DNA of 63,931 nucleotides, counting the filler, from Sphacelaria rigidula (taxonomy: Eukaryota): NCBI GenBank assembly GCA_964200075.2. It is 8 parts of 8 records of this genome, joined end to end, with 100 filler letters (N's around TTAATTAATTAA, not from the genome) between each part and the next. Parts side by side here need not be neighbours in the genome. Positions count along the whole stretch, not along the records: positions 32,019 to 39,922 come from CAXNAA020013032.1; positions 40,023 to 47,925 come from CAXNAA020013033.1; positions 48,026 to 55,928 come from CAXNAA020013034.1; 5 more parts are not named here. The stretch is one strand, 5' to 3'. The notes under the pieces are model-generated. The model worked only from the letters and a program-made list of their open reading frames with translations, had not been told where the DNA came from and did not search any database. Shown piece by piece: positions 35,555 to 49,464 of the stretch. A program made the translations under genes and the position numbers. The first letter of the stretch is position 1. Every line of letters begins with the position of its first letter.

Positions 35555-38500
35555 GATCCGGAGAGGGTGGGAAGTATACAGACAGGTCTGCGCCACCTGC
35601 CACTCGATCCAATACGTATCTTTCCGAAACTTCGTCGGGGTCACGCACACTATGAAAGAGGTGAGGAGGCGCATAGAGATAAGCGAGAGAGTGCGGCGAA
35701 GTAGTTGCTGTTTCGGATGCGTACTGTACGCGTGTTGCTTGGCTGCGACAGAGTGGTTACCAGGCGTCTCGTGTCTCGGGTGGGCGGGGGAGGGAACTTC
35801 GGATCCAACTTTTGCGATGTAGAGTGTTCACCTTGGAACCGTACATTTTTTCGTTGCGGCGCAGCAGTTTCCGGCTCACTTTGCTTGTTTGGGGTCGAAG
35901 GAGACGACGCTGGAGTTGGAGCTAGTGTCGAACATCTTCCTGTACTGCATTCGACTCGGACAAAATCGGGGGGAGATGAGGGGGGCGATATCTTCCACAT
36001 GTCCGCAGTGGACGGTGGTATCATGGAGTCATCTGTTGTTGATGTGGTTATTGCGGTACGCGTAACTTTTTGTTCTGCTGTCGAACGCTCTTGTCCGTTT
36101 CCACGCACTTCACAGGTGAAGAAGATGGCGGCGGAGTATGATGTTGAAGACGGCCCCGATCTTGAGGGAGAAATGTTCGAGCGCCCAGGAAGGCAATATG
36201 ACCGGTAAGATCTGTCCCGATGCGTATGAGATATATTTTGCTCGTCAAACTATCGTGTGGTCGGGACCGAGTCGACCACTGCCGTTGACTCGTGATTCAG
36301 GGGGGCGAGGGGGGGGGGGGGATTTCTTCAGTGGACTATTGTCAATCCTCATGTTCGTGCTGCCCTCTCTCCCCCTATCATGATGCTTGTCAGTATTCCT
36401 AGTCCGTTCAAGAACGAGAACGCTGCGGCGGCAGCCAACAACGGAGCGGCTCCGCCGGATCTTACGCTGATAGTCAAGGGGCGCGAGGAAGGGGCTAACT
36501 ACATCATGGCACTCTTGCTTGGCTACTGTGAGCCGCCCGCAGGGAAGGTTTTGATGCCTGGGTTGCACTACAACCCGTACTTCGACGGTGAGTGGAGCAT
36601 TGGCTAGGACAGCGTGAAGGGGTGAATGTTATACGTGATGTGATGTGCGTGATTTTTCTAGGCAGCATTTACAAACGCCGGAACGGCACGAGAGAAGAGA
36701 TTTTGAACGGCAGTGGTGCCGCACAATGAAATCACACACGAGTACAGCGTGACCTCAAGAAAAACTGCGGAGACTTGATCTGTTCTGATGGAACATGAGC
36801 TGAACTGTTGTTGGGGGCTTTCAAGTACGAATAATGGTTAGCGAAGAAATGCGGTCTGAATAGTTTGCTTGCTGTCACTCGCTCTCAGTACTTGTGAGTC
36901 TCACAGATCTCAGCGAGGAACGGAGATGAGGCGTTTCGCACTATGACGAAAATAGCCTCTCTCGCCGTAGCTGTTCACACGTTGATCACTAGATGAGAAA
37001 ACGCACTACACCGAAGCTCGATGACTTGGGGCGTAGCTGCCAACCAGCTGCTTGATTTACGTGCTTCGTTTTGTCTTTGTCGGCCATGGAATCAACCAGC
37101 GTTGTCTGTTTCCGGACGACGGCGTCAAACTGGCTGACTGGTGAAAAAACTGTAGCGTCAAATTTTGACGCATGCTTTGCTCTTGCTCGCTCAATATTGC
37201 ACCAACGCCCCTGATGAGCATTGTCCCATACTACAGTAAACGGTGGCTACCTCTAAAGGTTTCACGCGTCTAGCTTGAATGCCTGTACACGGCGGGGCAT
37301 GGCTTGAAATGTTGGACACGCGTTTGCAGTGGTTACACACCATTATCATGTGACAAACACGGCCGATTTCCTTGATGATATTTGATTGTTTGCGCCGCAT
37401 TTTATAGCTGCAAAAGGTTGTAGTTCTCGTTTCTAGCCCTCCGGTCGCGCGCGAAAAATAAAGAATTCGCTGAAGCCATCTATGAGCAGCAAGGGCCTGT
37501 CTTGGCACTTCTTTCTTCGATCGAAAAAGTACGGTCGAATTTTTATTAGCCAATCTCATGGGTCCACCGCATTTATGTTCCTTGAAAGCTTCAACTCAAA
37601 ATTATAATTAGCGGCGTGCGGAGAAGAATGCAACGAGGGAAGAAACAATCGTTTTCGATCGAAAACATGCGGTCGAAAGGCACGAAGCGGCACTTGAGTG
37701 CTATCTTACAGACCACCACGCCAAATAAAACCTGTTCACAAGACTATGCAAACTTTATCCAACTCATTCTCAAGTTCCAACCCTGCAGCATAGAGCACGA
37801 GTTTAGCACAGGGATATATATACTGCAGTAGTCGGGTGTCCTTTGTTTATTTTTTGTTGGCAAAAACTTGCACATCTTCTCTCATGGTCGGCTTCAGGGA
37901 CGGAACTGCGTGGTACGGTGGGCAACCGAGTTGCGTGCACGCTCATAAACAATGCAGGCAGTACAAAGCTGCACGTTGCTGAAGTCCTGTTCACATCGCA
38001 TTGTAAGCAGAGAGAAATGATGATGCTAGGCCGTTTGCACTGCACGTTGCCTGCTTCTCATTTGTATTTTCCTGCACGAAACACACACGCTCTCAACACA
38101 CCCTGCTTGGAAGCAGTGCAGACAGTACAGACTGTCTTTACCGAACACGAGTGTCCATGTGCCGTTTCACGCTTTTTCACTGTATTTTTTCGATCAAAAG
38201 CTTGAAAACCCATCCCGGACCCAACTTCATCAAAACGAGAAATTTTCGCTCAGATCGATTTCACAGCCCCATTTTTTCGATGAAAAAGAAGAGTGCTAAG
38301 GCAGGCCCTAATGACGTGGATCCATCACCTTTTTTTTTTGTCTCGCCGCATTTCCTCGCGGCCCATTTTTTTTTGCAAGACCGACACTTACCCTCAACGA
38401 CATCTATATTATTGAAACGAGGGTGGTGGGGGGGGGTGCATGGGGGAATGAGAGAAAGAGGCGTGTTCCTTGTTTTTCAGGTGGGGATAAATCACTAGTG

Positions 38501-39274
38501 TGGAAAACTCACGGGCCCAGATTCAACGTACTGGTCGCAAAATACTCTTCTCTCGAAGGGTGTAGCTCATGTGAATTAGTAGTGACGAGTGAAAAGTTGA
38601 ACACAGCATTCGTTCACTTTTTACAGCACCCCGCAGGTAGTTCCCACAGAGACACTGAAGGTGGCTTGCTACACCTGTGCGCATTTCTGACGGTATTGAG
38701 CTTGTTACACATACATTCCACTTCCCTGGAGTATGAACGTGCTGATTACTCTCTATTAGTGAGCGATGGAGTACTCGATCGTAGGCTTGCGGGAGGAGCA
38801 TGGTGTGTCGTTTTAGTTATAAAACTGCTAAGTGAATATGAGAACGCTCCCGAGCTGGGGTATCTTTCGAACTTTCTGCGGCTCGCTAGTAGTCGAGAGT
38901 AACGGAAGCCTTCGACGACGAGACCGTACTTGACGGTAATTCCTTAGTTGGAGGCTCGTTTGTTCGCACATCACCCCCGACAACTTTGGAGTTGGTGGGG
39001 GTCACCCTCTGACGAGGTAATATCTACGTGCATTACTTTTCGGGGATGTGTCTTCACATCAGCGTCCCGCATTGGACAAGTGCGGTTTTCTTGAACAACG
39101 CGTTCGCTTTTCGACAAAATGGCTTATGACTGATGGCACGCTCCTGTTTTTTCTCCTTTGCTACGGTTGTGTTCCATGATCATCTTCCTCGCAGGGGGCG
39201 CCATCGCCATGCCGCCGCCTCTTATGGACGGGCAGATCGAGTACTCGGATGGGACGCCCGCTACTGCCTCACAG
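35555..39274 (+). CDS. CYC1: Mitochondrial cytochrome c1 (complex III), internal exons
   Basis: Exons 35555-35660, 36116-36204, 36394-36587 and 39195-39274 have canonical AG/GT boundaries and consistent phases. They encode IRRGWEVYRQVCATCHS (heme CxxCH), ANNGAAPPDLTLI, HYNPYFDGGAIAMPPPL (axial Met) and IEYSDGTPATASQ. The N- and C-terminal exons were not found in the contig. Confidence 0.97.
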
Positions 39275-40499
39275 GTAGAAAGGTGGCTGTGTCTCGCAAT
39301 TGTATTTTTGTAGTATTCCAAAAAGATGGGTAGTCTGTGATTACGAATATGGGTATGCCGTACATGGTGATATTTGCGATGTACGGCACGACCAAACATT
39401 CGGAAGGAGCCGACTCACGTGGTCAGGAATCTACGTTAGTCGGAGAGCAACCATCACATTAAAAAAGGAAACACTAATGTAAGTGTAAGGTGAAGCGTTG
39501 CTCTACATCTGGGGATCGCAAAACGGGAAGTGAAACATTCACGAGAGGAGTGAGATAAATCGGAATAGCGAGGGAATTTTGGCAAAAAAATGGGCCATTT
39601 GGTGTTTTGGGATATCTTCTTTCGGCAGGTTCAAAATGAGCGATTGGTCACAGAGATAACTTTGGTCACTTCGATGAAACTATCAGTGTTCGTCCGAGAC
39701 GGCGTCGTCGATCATGTTGCCGCGAAGGTGACAGAAGTAACCGGTGCCCCCCCTTAGCCTTGCCTTCCCCTGTCCACTCCACCTCAGATTCCCGTGTTGC
39801 ATCGTCATATCGCGATACCTCACCTGCCCCCATCCCCTCTCCCACTTTTTTTTTTTCACCAGGAGGTACTTTCGAATGGTTGAATTTATGCCAGAAGAGT
39901 TCCTTAGCACCCCCCCCCCCCCNNNNNNNNNNNNNNNNNNNNNNNNNNNNNNNNNNNNNNNNNNNNTTAATTAATTAANNNNNNNNNNNNNNNNNNNNNN
40001 NNNNNNNNNNNNNNNNNNNNNNCAGGCAAAAGAAATCGTGAATTTGGTGATTTTGAGTCGTGATGATTTGTCCTAACCGTGCAAGCTTTTCTACTTCGTG
40101 AATGGCCCATTGTGACGAGTATGGCAGTTTCGATGGACGATGAATGTCCCACCGCCATGGTATTTACTTTGGACTGAACGTGACCATGGCGGTGAAGGTG
40201 GGCGTGGTTCTTTTTCGTTCCGCTATGAGCTCTGAAGAGGAACAACGGTTTTCAGAGTCAAGTGGTGCAAACGGCACTCTGACTCTGAAAAAATCGCTCT
40301 GAAGAAAACTTTAAAGCGGAAAGTGCACCGTTACCGGCTATATTTTTCCTTCCACTCTGACTCTAAGATTTGAAAAAACGTTTTCCGAAACTCTCTATTA
40401 TATACCTCTTTTGTCATCCTTTCGATTCTCCGTTCAGGACACGAAAATACAAATCTCACCACAAAGATGGACGTAGCTACCGTGCCATATATTCACGTG

Positions 40500-40503
<4 letters not shown>

Positions 40504-40555
<52 letters not shown>
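40504..40555. repeat. (CA)n microsatellite
   Basis: Perfect AC repeat that begins at the GT donor of the last visible USP exon on the minus strand. Confidence 0.95.
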
Positions 40556-40557
<2 letters not shown>

Positions 40558-43500
40558 TGGATCCCTCCCTACGCCCTGTGGCCAGCAAGGCCAGCACGTT
40601 GTTAGCCGCGTGTTGGCTTGCTCTAGTCAACTCCGAGAGGCGCTCACACCACAGCGGCACGCACGAACTCGCTCGAGCGTGCGCCACCATCTCCGCGGCA
40701 ATCTATTTCATTTAGCGCACATGGTATTCGTTTTGTGTTCATACAGCCGCAAGTCGGGCAGCGACGAGTAGTAGTAAAGGGGCGGGGGAGGGGTGACGGG
40801 TTCAAGAAACCTGGAGCTTCCACAGTATAACGAGAGAAAAAATGGACAATGGTTATTACAGTAAATCATTTCGGTGCCACGGTAGGTCATCTGCTGAATC
40901 GGAACCATTTCCACCTGAAGAAAAGGAACGCAAGACCCAGATGACTCGCGGTAACGGTCAAAGGTCCTTTCACTCGTCCAGAGGATCCCTCGCGCGGCAC
41001 ACCATTATATGTAACACTCCGGCTAGTGAGCATGATCATTGGGCTTTTCTCGAACTAAACCAAATAAAAGGATGAGCGTTAACGTGCGACGCGATCAAGT
41101 CAACGCGCAAAACGACACCTTTCGAAGTGCGTTCCAATAAAATCGCTCTTTAGTTTTACGTTCGATCGAGAAATGCAACGGAGAACGTTCAAACTTTGAC
41201 GGACGAGGCCATCACCGGACCAGAGACGAACAAACGAGACCCCAATTTTTACGGTGCCCACCTTAGTCCCGGCATGAGCGGCGAGAGCGGCGGTGGCAGG
41301 TTCCGCCGCCTCTGACTGCTGCAGAAGGCCCCAAACGAACCGGAAATACTCAGCATTCAGAAGGTACATATCTCGGAGGAATGCCATGTCCGCAGCCCAA
41401 ACTTGGTTCAAAACGTCAAGCGACATGTACACCTCTCCAACGGGCCTGCCCATCCGGGTCGTCAAACGTGTGCCGGTTCGCGCAGTCCATTGTGCCGTTT
41501 CGCAAATCATTCCGGGAAGCGCACCAACAACCAGGACGCCGCCGGGGGAAAAGCACGGGGACGGGAAAGTGGGGGAATAACTCATAATAATATCCATGGA
41601 AGCACCCCGTCACATGACGGGGTCACACGGGATCAAACAAATGTGAGATCGTACCACGAGAGTTGAGAATACATAACACTAGGGAACATGGAGTTTTTGT
41701 GAAGACACATGTAACCACGACACAAGAAACGGAAACACCCCGCCCCGCCCCGCCGACCGTAAAAAACAATACATACGTGTGGCTGAAGTCAGCGCTCCAG
41801 CCCCAGTCCACCGACCCATCTCGCCACGACAGCCTCCTAGGCGTGCGCCTTGGTGTCTGCTGCAACGAAGTGGCGACAGGAGCGGCAGCGGCAGCTACAA
41901 CACCACGATCACCGTGCTGAAGCAGCAGGCCAGTACCCCCTACTTGGGGAGACTCGACAAGATCCACACCACCATCCAGAAACACTTGGCCCGCTAATTT
42001 ACCCGATAATCGAGCGGAAGAACCATTCGCTGACGACAGCGCAGCAGAGGAGGACGCTGACGCAAAACCATGGTCGTTTTGGGTTGGAGGCACGAAGCCG
42101 TGCGAGGACGCATGCCGCTGAATGATGCCGTCGCTACCTCGTTCCGATGGTCGCCGCTGCAGATGTTGTTGCGCCGACATCGTGGCGGTGGATGGTACCC
42201 CCGCCACCGTCGCCGCCACCGTCGCCGCCCCCGTGCCGTCACCCTCGACACCACTGTCCGCCGGTACTACTGCCTCCACTGCCGATGTTACACTTTGACT
42301 ACCGCCGTCTTCGGTACTACTGCTATTTCTACCGCGGCCGCCACCGACAGCGAGGGGGCGAGTTGGCGCAGGGGCTGAATCCTCCTCCGAACCTCGACAA
42401 CTGCCGCTAGGGCTGGAACGCTCGTAGAGGAGAAGGTAGGCGTTTGTCTCATGGAGGTGTACGACGCCACCTGCGTCGATGGTCCCAGGCTGTTGCCGCA
42501 GGGGGAAGAGTGGACGGGGGTAGGGATGGGGGGGGGTCGATGAGGGGGCAGGTAAATAGGGCACTTTACAGGAGGTTGGCTAGCGCATGGACGTTAGAAG
42601 ATCATGATCAAAACGAAAAGGAGCGTATTGTCAGTGGACCTTGCCCAAGTCAGATGCACAGCAGAGGACTTTCCTTCTCGAAGCTACCACAGCATACACA
42701 CACGCGCACACACGAGACGCGTAGCTACACATAATCGCATATACCCTCTCGAACACGAACCGACATCAATTTGGCCGCGGTCGACTGACCTCCGGCACGC
42801 TGGCGCCACCGAAGCACTCTCTGGGGATGTTCGTCGGGTCAAAAGGTGTCACGCGGCGGTCGTTGAACTCCAGCCATACATCTCCGTCCGTTCGGATTAG
42901 GCTGTAGTAGTGGCCCCGGTCTGCCGTACCCTGGTGTGCCTGCATATGCCATGAGGTCGAATTTAATGGAGCAGGAGGGGGGCCCGTAGTGAAGTTATGG
43001 TGACGGCGAGCGGTTCCAGTAGCTTGAGGTTTGTCTCTTGAAGAAACAGAGTAGAAATACATGGCTTAGCGGCCGTGTCATCCTACGATTGGAAGGGGGG
43101 GGGGGGTCATTTTCCCCACGACCGCAGCAGCAGTTGTTCGAACGCGGTTGTGACCGATAAATAACACTCTTTCATACTGCTTGACACCGCGTTCACCCAA
43201 ATACAAGTGCATCGCGAATGTGTTGGATCGTCTAAAACACCCATGAGCCTTTTTTCGTGGAAACAATACTACTCAATTACATACCANNNNNNNNNNACAC
43301 GAGGGCGCCCGCCATTTTGTTGTGCCTGCTAAACCCCCCTCATGCGTTTTCTTGTGAAAATTTCCCCCCCCCCCCCCCCCCCGCCCCTATCGTAGGATCA
43401 CTCGGCTACGGCGAGTGAGTAAGAGGAAGGAGTAAGAGGTAGACATATTTGGAAACACATTTAGATCCCCTCGACACTGCAGGTTACGAACATGGGGCAA

Positions 43501-44486
43501 GTGTTTCGTCATCACCAAGTGTCGTTGCACTCTTTATGTCACCCCCTGGCGACTCCTTGTGGCTGTACAGACTTCAACAAGGCAAAAATAAATATCGTAC
43601 TTTCCCGCATGAATACAGAAACAAATACTCACCACAATGCCCTTCAGCCTGTACCCGGTGCGGTTCGCATGTTTGTCAACCGCAGCCGCCGTCACCTGCG
43701 GCGGAGTGTTTCTCCCACCTACTGCCGCCGAAACGCCTGTCTCCACGTCCTCCAGTCCATGCACACCCACGCCAGTCTTACCCTCTCCCTTCCCCCCGTC
43801 CGCAGCCGAGGATGACGTCACCGAATCTTGAGAAGATTGTAAAACGTGCTCGAGCTTGTCGTTCGCTGCGGTACCGTCACTCGCCCCTCCCGCTCCCCTT
43901 CCTGTACCGACCGGAATATCGCCGGATCTGTCGCCGTAAACTCTTCCAGGAGATAAAAATCCGTCCAAAGTATCGCGATCAACAACATCAGCTTTCAATC
44001 GCTGCTGCTGCTGCGGGTTTTGGGGGGTGGTATCTTTCACAATCCCCGCAATCCCGAACGCTCCGCTGCTAGTCCCACCCTCCACCTGATCAACTCGTGC
44101 CGATACCGGCGGCGGCCCAGAGTCTTGTGCTGCCGATGCCGATGCGGCGGGACCATCTTGGAGCGCACACGACGATCCGTCGAGGTCGCCGGACACCAGC
44201 GGTCTGCTCCCCCCGGGCGGCGCCGTCACCACTGGGGCGGGGCCTGTCGAAAAGGCAAGGGCGCTATTGGTAGCCTCCGCGCCGTCCGAGCCCACCGACA
44301 TCCGCCGCGTGTCATGTCGTGCGATGCTCTTGTGAGTCGGGATGGCAGGGATGGCAGGGGGGGGGGGGGGGGGGGGGGGGGTTTTTTTTTTTTTTGGTTT
44401 TTTTGTTTGTCCCAGGGGGGGGGGGGGGGGGGGGGGGGGGGGGGNNNNNNNNNNTGTTTGTGCCTTTGTTTTGTGGTGCTATGAGT

Positions 44487-44528
<42 letters not shown>

Positions 44529-46882
44529 GGAGGAGGATAAGGAAGTAGTTCAAACACTACATACTGAACACGTGTCGAATACGAAATTGCGGTATGTATG
44601 CTCAGAGCTTGATAACATTCAGAATTCTGGATGACTGATGACAAATTAAAAGTACCATGAACGGGGGCGGCCGGGGAGGGAGGGTCAGCAGTGCGAGAAG
44701 TTGACCCGTGAAAGTTCAAGGTACCTGTTGAATGTACAATGCACACACAGCACATACAGAGAGCCATCACGGGTGTAAAGTAAACCCGCTTCAAGTCGTG
44801 AGCTCGACCTGACGAATGTATCATTGGTAACGCTACATTCATAAGCGCGCGCAGGGGGGAGGACACGCTTATTGATCACCAAAACATGAATCCTCGGCAC
44901 GTATCTTTTTCAAATCAATATGTCGAAGTTGTCACACCTCCAAGCATCACGATACATACGTGGTAAATCTATATTGAAGTGAACTGATTGTGCTCATAGA
45001 AAACGCACAGAGTGAATAAAACTGCAGTACCCGTAGATACACTTGAAAGTTCGCTTCCCGCTACCCTCAGAATTCGGCCGACAACGCAGCAACGAAAGGG
45101 GATGAGGCGACGAGTGCTACTTTACCGTCCATAATTCTTCTATCCCGTGCCCAAAGCACGGCCTACGGCCCGTTTCTTCCCCTCTCAGCTGAAAGTCTCC
45201 ACCGCTCGAAAATATGCATGTATTGACTGAGCGGAGGCACAGTCAGTCCATCAAAACGAAGCGCATGTATCAATGTCCGCCAAAAAGTGTTTCGAAACGT
45301 CTCGGAAACCAACCGAGCGACATGTACCTACCGTAGTGGTGAAAACAACACGAGAGGCTGGAGCCTGCGCCGCAAGTAAATACCCATCACAGGAAAGCGT
45401 ATCAGAAGGGAGAGCAGGAGAGAAACTCGAGAGACTTTTACAAGGAACACAACGTTGAAAACGTCATCCGCTGGAAGCAACACGTTGGATGTTTGTTTAC
45501 CCGCCATCTCGAAAAACCAAAAAAGTATCCAGGCTAGTGGTTCGGGGTGAACGCCCAAAATTTATTCCCCACTTGATACCAAACGCAAAACTGACTCGAT
45601 TGAAACATATCTGGTATCATCGTGACCCCCACGAGCGAGCCAACAGTTGTGACACGGCCAGATTTTTTCTTGCGCCCTTCGCCGTGGCGCTGGTAGCGAT
45701 GATGTTTCTCGGCCAATCAGGGGCCTAAAAACTGTTCTGAAATTGAAAATGAGAATTGCTGACCCAATTTATACCCAACCCCTATCACGAATCAAACCTT
45801 AGTAATAACCATCAGCTAGGGAATCTACCAAACAAGAAAAAAAACGGAAATGGTTCGTGCGGTATCGAACCATACCCCAAAACGTGGTACTTCGGTGATA
45901 TGAGGTTTTGGCGTCGTCGGATTTCAATATGCATCGAATACCCAGAAAGTCTCACGACGTTTTCCGTCGTAAATTTCGTACAAAAGCTCCGATCATCCTC
46001 GAAATTGGCAGTTTGGTAGATATGAGTGCTACGAGTGCGAAAAAAAACGTTGAAGAATTTCCTCAAGCATGTTCACGGCGTCCCAGCGGAAACACCCCAA
46101 ACGCCGGCACAGATTGCGTCGAGTTAAAGATTCAAATTCGACTCGTCCCCAGGTAGTCCAAGAAACGTTTGTAAAGTTTCGTTGCGTAACTCGAAAAACT
46201 GATCTCAAACGGTCGATCTAAGCTCAAGCACACAAGGAAAACGTCAGTATTATACTAAAACCGGGTAAATAAGGGGATTCTGCGGATATTTGTATACTTC
46301 AACGCACATTCGGGAAATCCTTCACGCCGTTTGTGCTAGTAAAAACCCTAAAATTTTGCACACGGGCGCTCTGAGATATTTAGAAGCGCTCTTGGATGAG
46401 GTCCTCTGATTTTCTGTTTTCTCGCCAGATATCCGGGGTCCCAGGAGGCGGTGTCAGACAGCGCCTCCTAGGACCACGGATATCTCGCGGGAAAACAATC
46501 GAACGACTTGATTCATACAGGTCTTCTCAAATACCATAGCACCCGTGTGCAGAATTTCAGGGTTCAAGCCGATAAGACGGCGTGAAGGATTTATGGGGAC
46601 CAAATTCTGGTCGTTCACCCTGAACGGGCCTGTAGGCAATTTCACACTGCGTTCGCAACTGTACAACCAACTCGACAGACGCACCTCCAATGTCCAGGGC
46701 GCCATGTCAAGCTCCATAGGAAAGGAGCATCGGTGGTTGAGCTTTTTCCTGCTCATGGTACTCAGGTCGAACTCGAAACGCTTGAGGTGGACGATGAGTG
46801 TGTCCGGCAGCTGCTTGATGGCACACCGCCGCTGAGCCGTGACGCGCCGTTGGCACTTGTCGCACATGTAACAGTTGTCTCC
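40556..46882 (-). CDS. Ubiquitin carboxyl-terminal hydrolase (peptidase C19; USP9X/USP24/USP34-like), partial, spliced
   Basis: Exons: 46882-46685 (GDNCYMCDKC...QLPDTLIVHLKRFEFD...SFPMELDM), 44328-43633 (...GYRLKGIV), 42939-42790 (AHQGTADRGHYYSLIR...WLEFND, His box), 42489-~41800 (NAYLLLYER; 3' end uncertain), ~41445-41262 (MAFLRDMYLLNAEYFRFV; 5' end uncertain) and 40702-40556 (IAAEMVAHARAS...LWCERL). Confidence 0.93.
46315..46592. mobile_element. Degenerate foldback/palindromic MITE in a USP intron
   Basis: Nested inverted pairs: AAATCCTTCACGCCGT / ACGGCGTGAAGGATTT, ACCCTAAAATTTTGCACACGGGCGCT / AGCACCCGTGTGCAGAATTTCAGGGT and GATATCCGGGGTCCCAGGAGGCG / CGCCTCCTAGGACCACGGATATC. Confidence 0.7.
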
Positions 46883-49257
46883 CTGTTTGTGTGCGTAGGG
46901 GACGGACTGATTCACTTGGGTGGTCGATTGATTCACTAGTCGTCGAGCATAAATATTGACATTAACTGAGCCGGCACGAATCGAGCAGTGATCACAAGAT
47001 ACATGTTTCTATCCCAGGGTAATGAGTTGAAGGCAGACATCCGCTGAAGGATCTTGAGCAAAATATCAGCATGAAGATCGAAAAAAAACAAGAGACACAA
47101 GGAGAGTGGGCAGAACAGATGTGCATTAGGGACGCCAAAGCCAAGACCAGGGGGGGTGGAGGGGGGGGAGCTGGGGGGGGGGAGTATCTGCTTGTGGACG
47201 TTGCTTTTGGTTGACAACATTGCCGTGGATGTCTCAATACAATGAAAATATGCACATGTGCCTAACCTTTAATGGGCTGATTACCTACGCTCGACTGTAC
47301 AAACCGTCCTACACGCCACAGGTGTCCACTTGGCACACGGAGTTCCTCTTACTCTTTTTATTCACACTTTCAATGACACCCGCCGCCTCGGGACGAGTCC
47401 GTACCCTGAAAAGATCAACCCACCTCTCCTCCGGCACTTGGTGCTCTGTCTCGAAAGGGATGATGACCGCTACCCCAACGCGTCAAGTGCAGTCGACATT
47501 TCATTGACTTACATACTTACCCTTTCAACGATGGAAACTATTGAATAAATTATTACTGTTCATATTATTCTCAACGAATCTGCCTGAACAAGCTGAGCAT
47601 GTCTGTACCAGCTTGACCAAGGGGACGCGGCGACCATATCTTCCCACACTTTTACATACACAAGGCCCAAGATGGCGATCGTCGATGAACTATACAAGCG
47701 CGATAGACGGGTGAGCCCAAACCCCAAAATTCCCACTGAAATACGCGCCCTTTACGCTGGATGTTAACGAGTAAAACAACAAAAAAAAATTATGCGTGAG
47801 CGACTTCAACAAAACAACAACAACAACAACATATTCTGCGATGAGAAGAGGGGAGGGAAGGGACCCCATTCTTCTACCCCCCCCACCCCCCCCCCCCCCC
47901 CCACCCCACCCACCAACCCCCCAACNNNNNNNNNNNNNNNNNNNNNNNNNNNNNNNNNNNNNNNNNNNNTTAATTAATTAANNNNNNNNNNNNNNNNNNN
48001 NNNNNNNNNNNNNNNNNNNNNNNNNAAAAATATGCAAAGGGACACACATAGGCATGTGCACACTTGTACTACAGACAACAGTAGTACAGTACTACAGACA
48101 GTCTGAGTGGTACAGTACAGTACAGAACACTTCCTACCGAAAGTATACAGAACTGTCTACAGACAGTGCAACTACAGTACAGTAGTAGTACAACCCTCAA
48201 CTGTCTGAACTCAATAGTGCTGTACCATACACCGACATGTGCAGCACTTGTGAATGACTAGCGGGCGCCGAGGTGCACTGCCTGTGTGCCCAACGCTGTC
48301 TACTGTGCCGGGCTGGTATCCGGAGGCTGTCTTTACGATACTGTGCGTGAGTTGTCGTCCCATCTATTCTGGACGCCGGTCTACACCTTTCAATATCCTC
48401 TAGAGGGCAGTCTTAAAACGGACGCTAGGTAGGGTTTCGTTTTACAAAATCCGCGTGTGCAGGCAGTACAGTGCTTTTTCGCCGGCAGCGTTACCACTGA
48501 AAAATAGCACGATGTCGCTCATGCTGGCTGTGTTGATTGCTCATATCGTGTCGTGCTCGTCGTTCCCGCCAGCGATTGCGAACTCTGTGGTATTCTGTGC
48601 GTACTGAGACGGTTGCTACCGCACTACTGACTGTCACGTGAGTTTGTTGTGTGCGGTATGGCACGAACCGTATGCCGCACACACTGCAACGCTTGCGACA
48701 CTACTGTGTTACCACCCCACCTATCGTGGACCTCGACGTGATTATTACGTATTAGTCAAGTATTACTTCACCGCAGGCGGGACGATCATAAAATGCAAGT
48801 GATTACCACTATATATACCACCGTGTGCACGCAGGCTTGATGATGGCCTCGGGTGTGCAAATCCGCAGGATTTTTTACACACTATGCCCTGTAAGGTGGG
48901 GTTTTGAAAACTGATTTCACTGAAAAGTCTCCGAGAAAAGTATTCCGGAATGACTCATCTCGGAAACTTCTTTCTGTCTATGGGAAGCGGCCTCGAAAAA
49001 ATCATCATTTCTCAATAAATTCTGAACAGATTTGAGCAATAAGGTCATGCACAACATGCACAGCTGATGAGCAGCTACGCATACGTCACACATGTAAAAA
49101 TTATTGCCGCGCAATAATTGTACAATCTTCCATCCGTGTTTCTCAAGTTGGTCAACCTTATCCGGAGCCACAATTCCAACACACATGCATGCGATGTTTG
49201 TACAGCCACGAGTACTACTGTACATTGAGATACAACAGCTTATCTTATCCATATATT

Positions 49258-49464
49258 TTCGACTTGCGTCACCCCCGGGAGGCCCGTACCAACCTCCCGA
49301 AGGGGAACCTTGTATAATTGTATAATGTAGAATATACTGCCCCTCGATAGATATTCATATATACAACTATATATAATATATAAATATATTGTAGATAATG
49401 TATATAATACAAGGTTCCCCTTCGGGAGGTTGGTACGGGCCTCCCGGGGGTGACGCAAGTCGAA
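49258..49464. repeat. Perfect 58-bp inverted repeat with AT-rich spacer
   Basis: 49258-49315 is the exact reverse complement of 49407-49464. The spacer and flanks are TA-rich. Confidence 0.9.

Noticed and set aside
44335-44535. Poly-G/poly-T ORFs around a 10-N gap
   Set aside because: Same homopolymer sequencing artefact, lying inside a USP intron.
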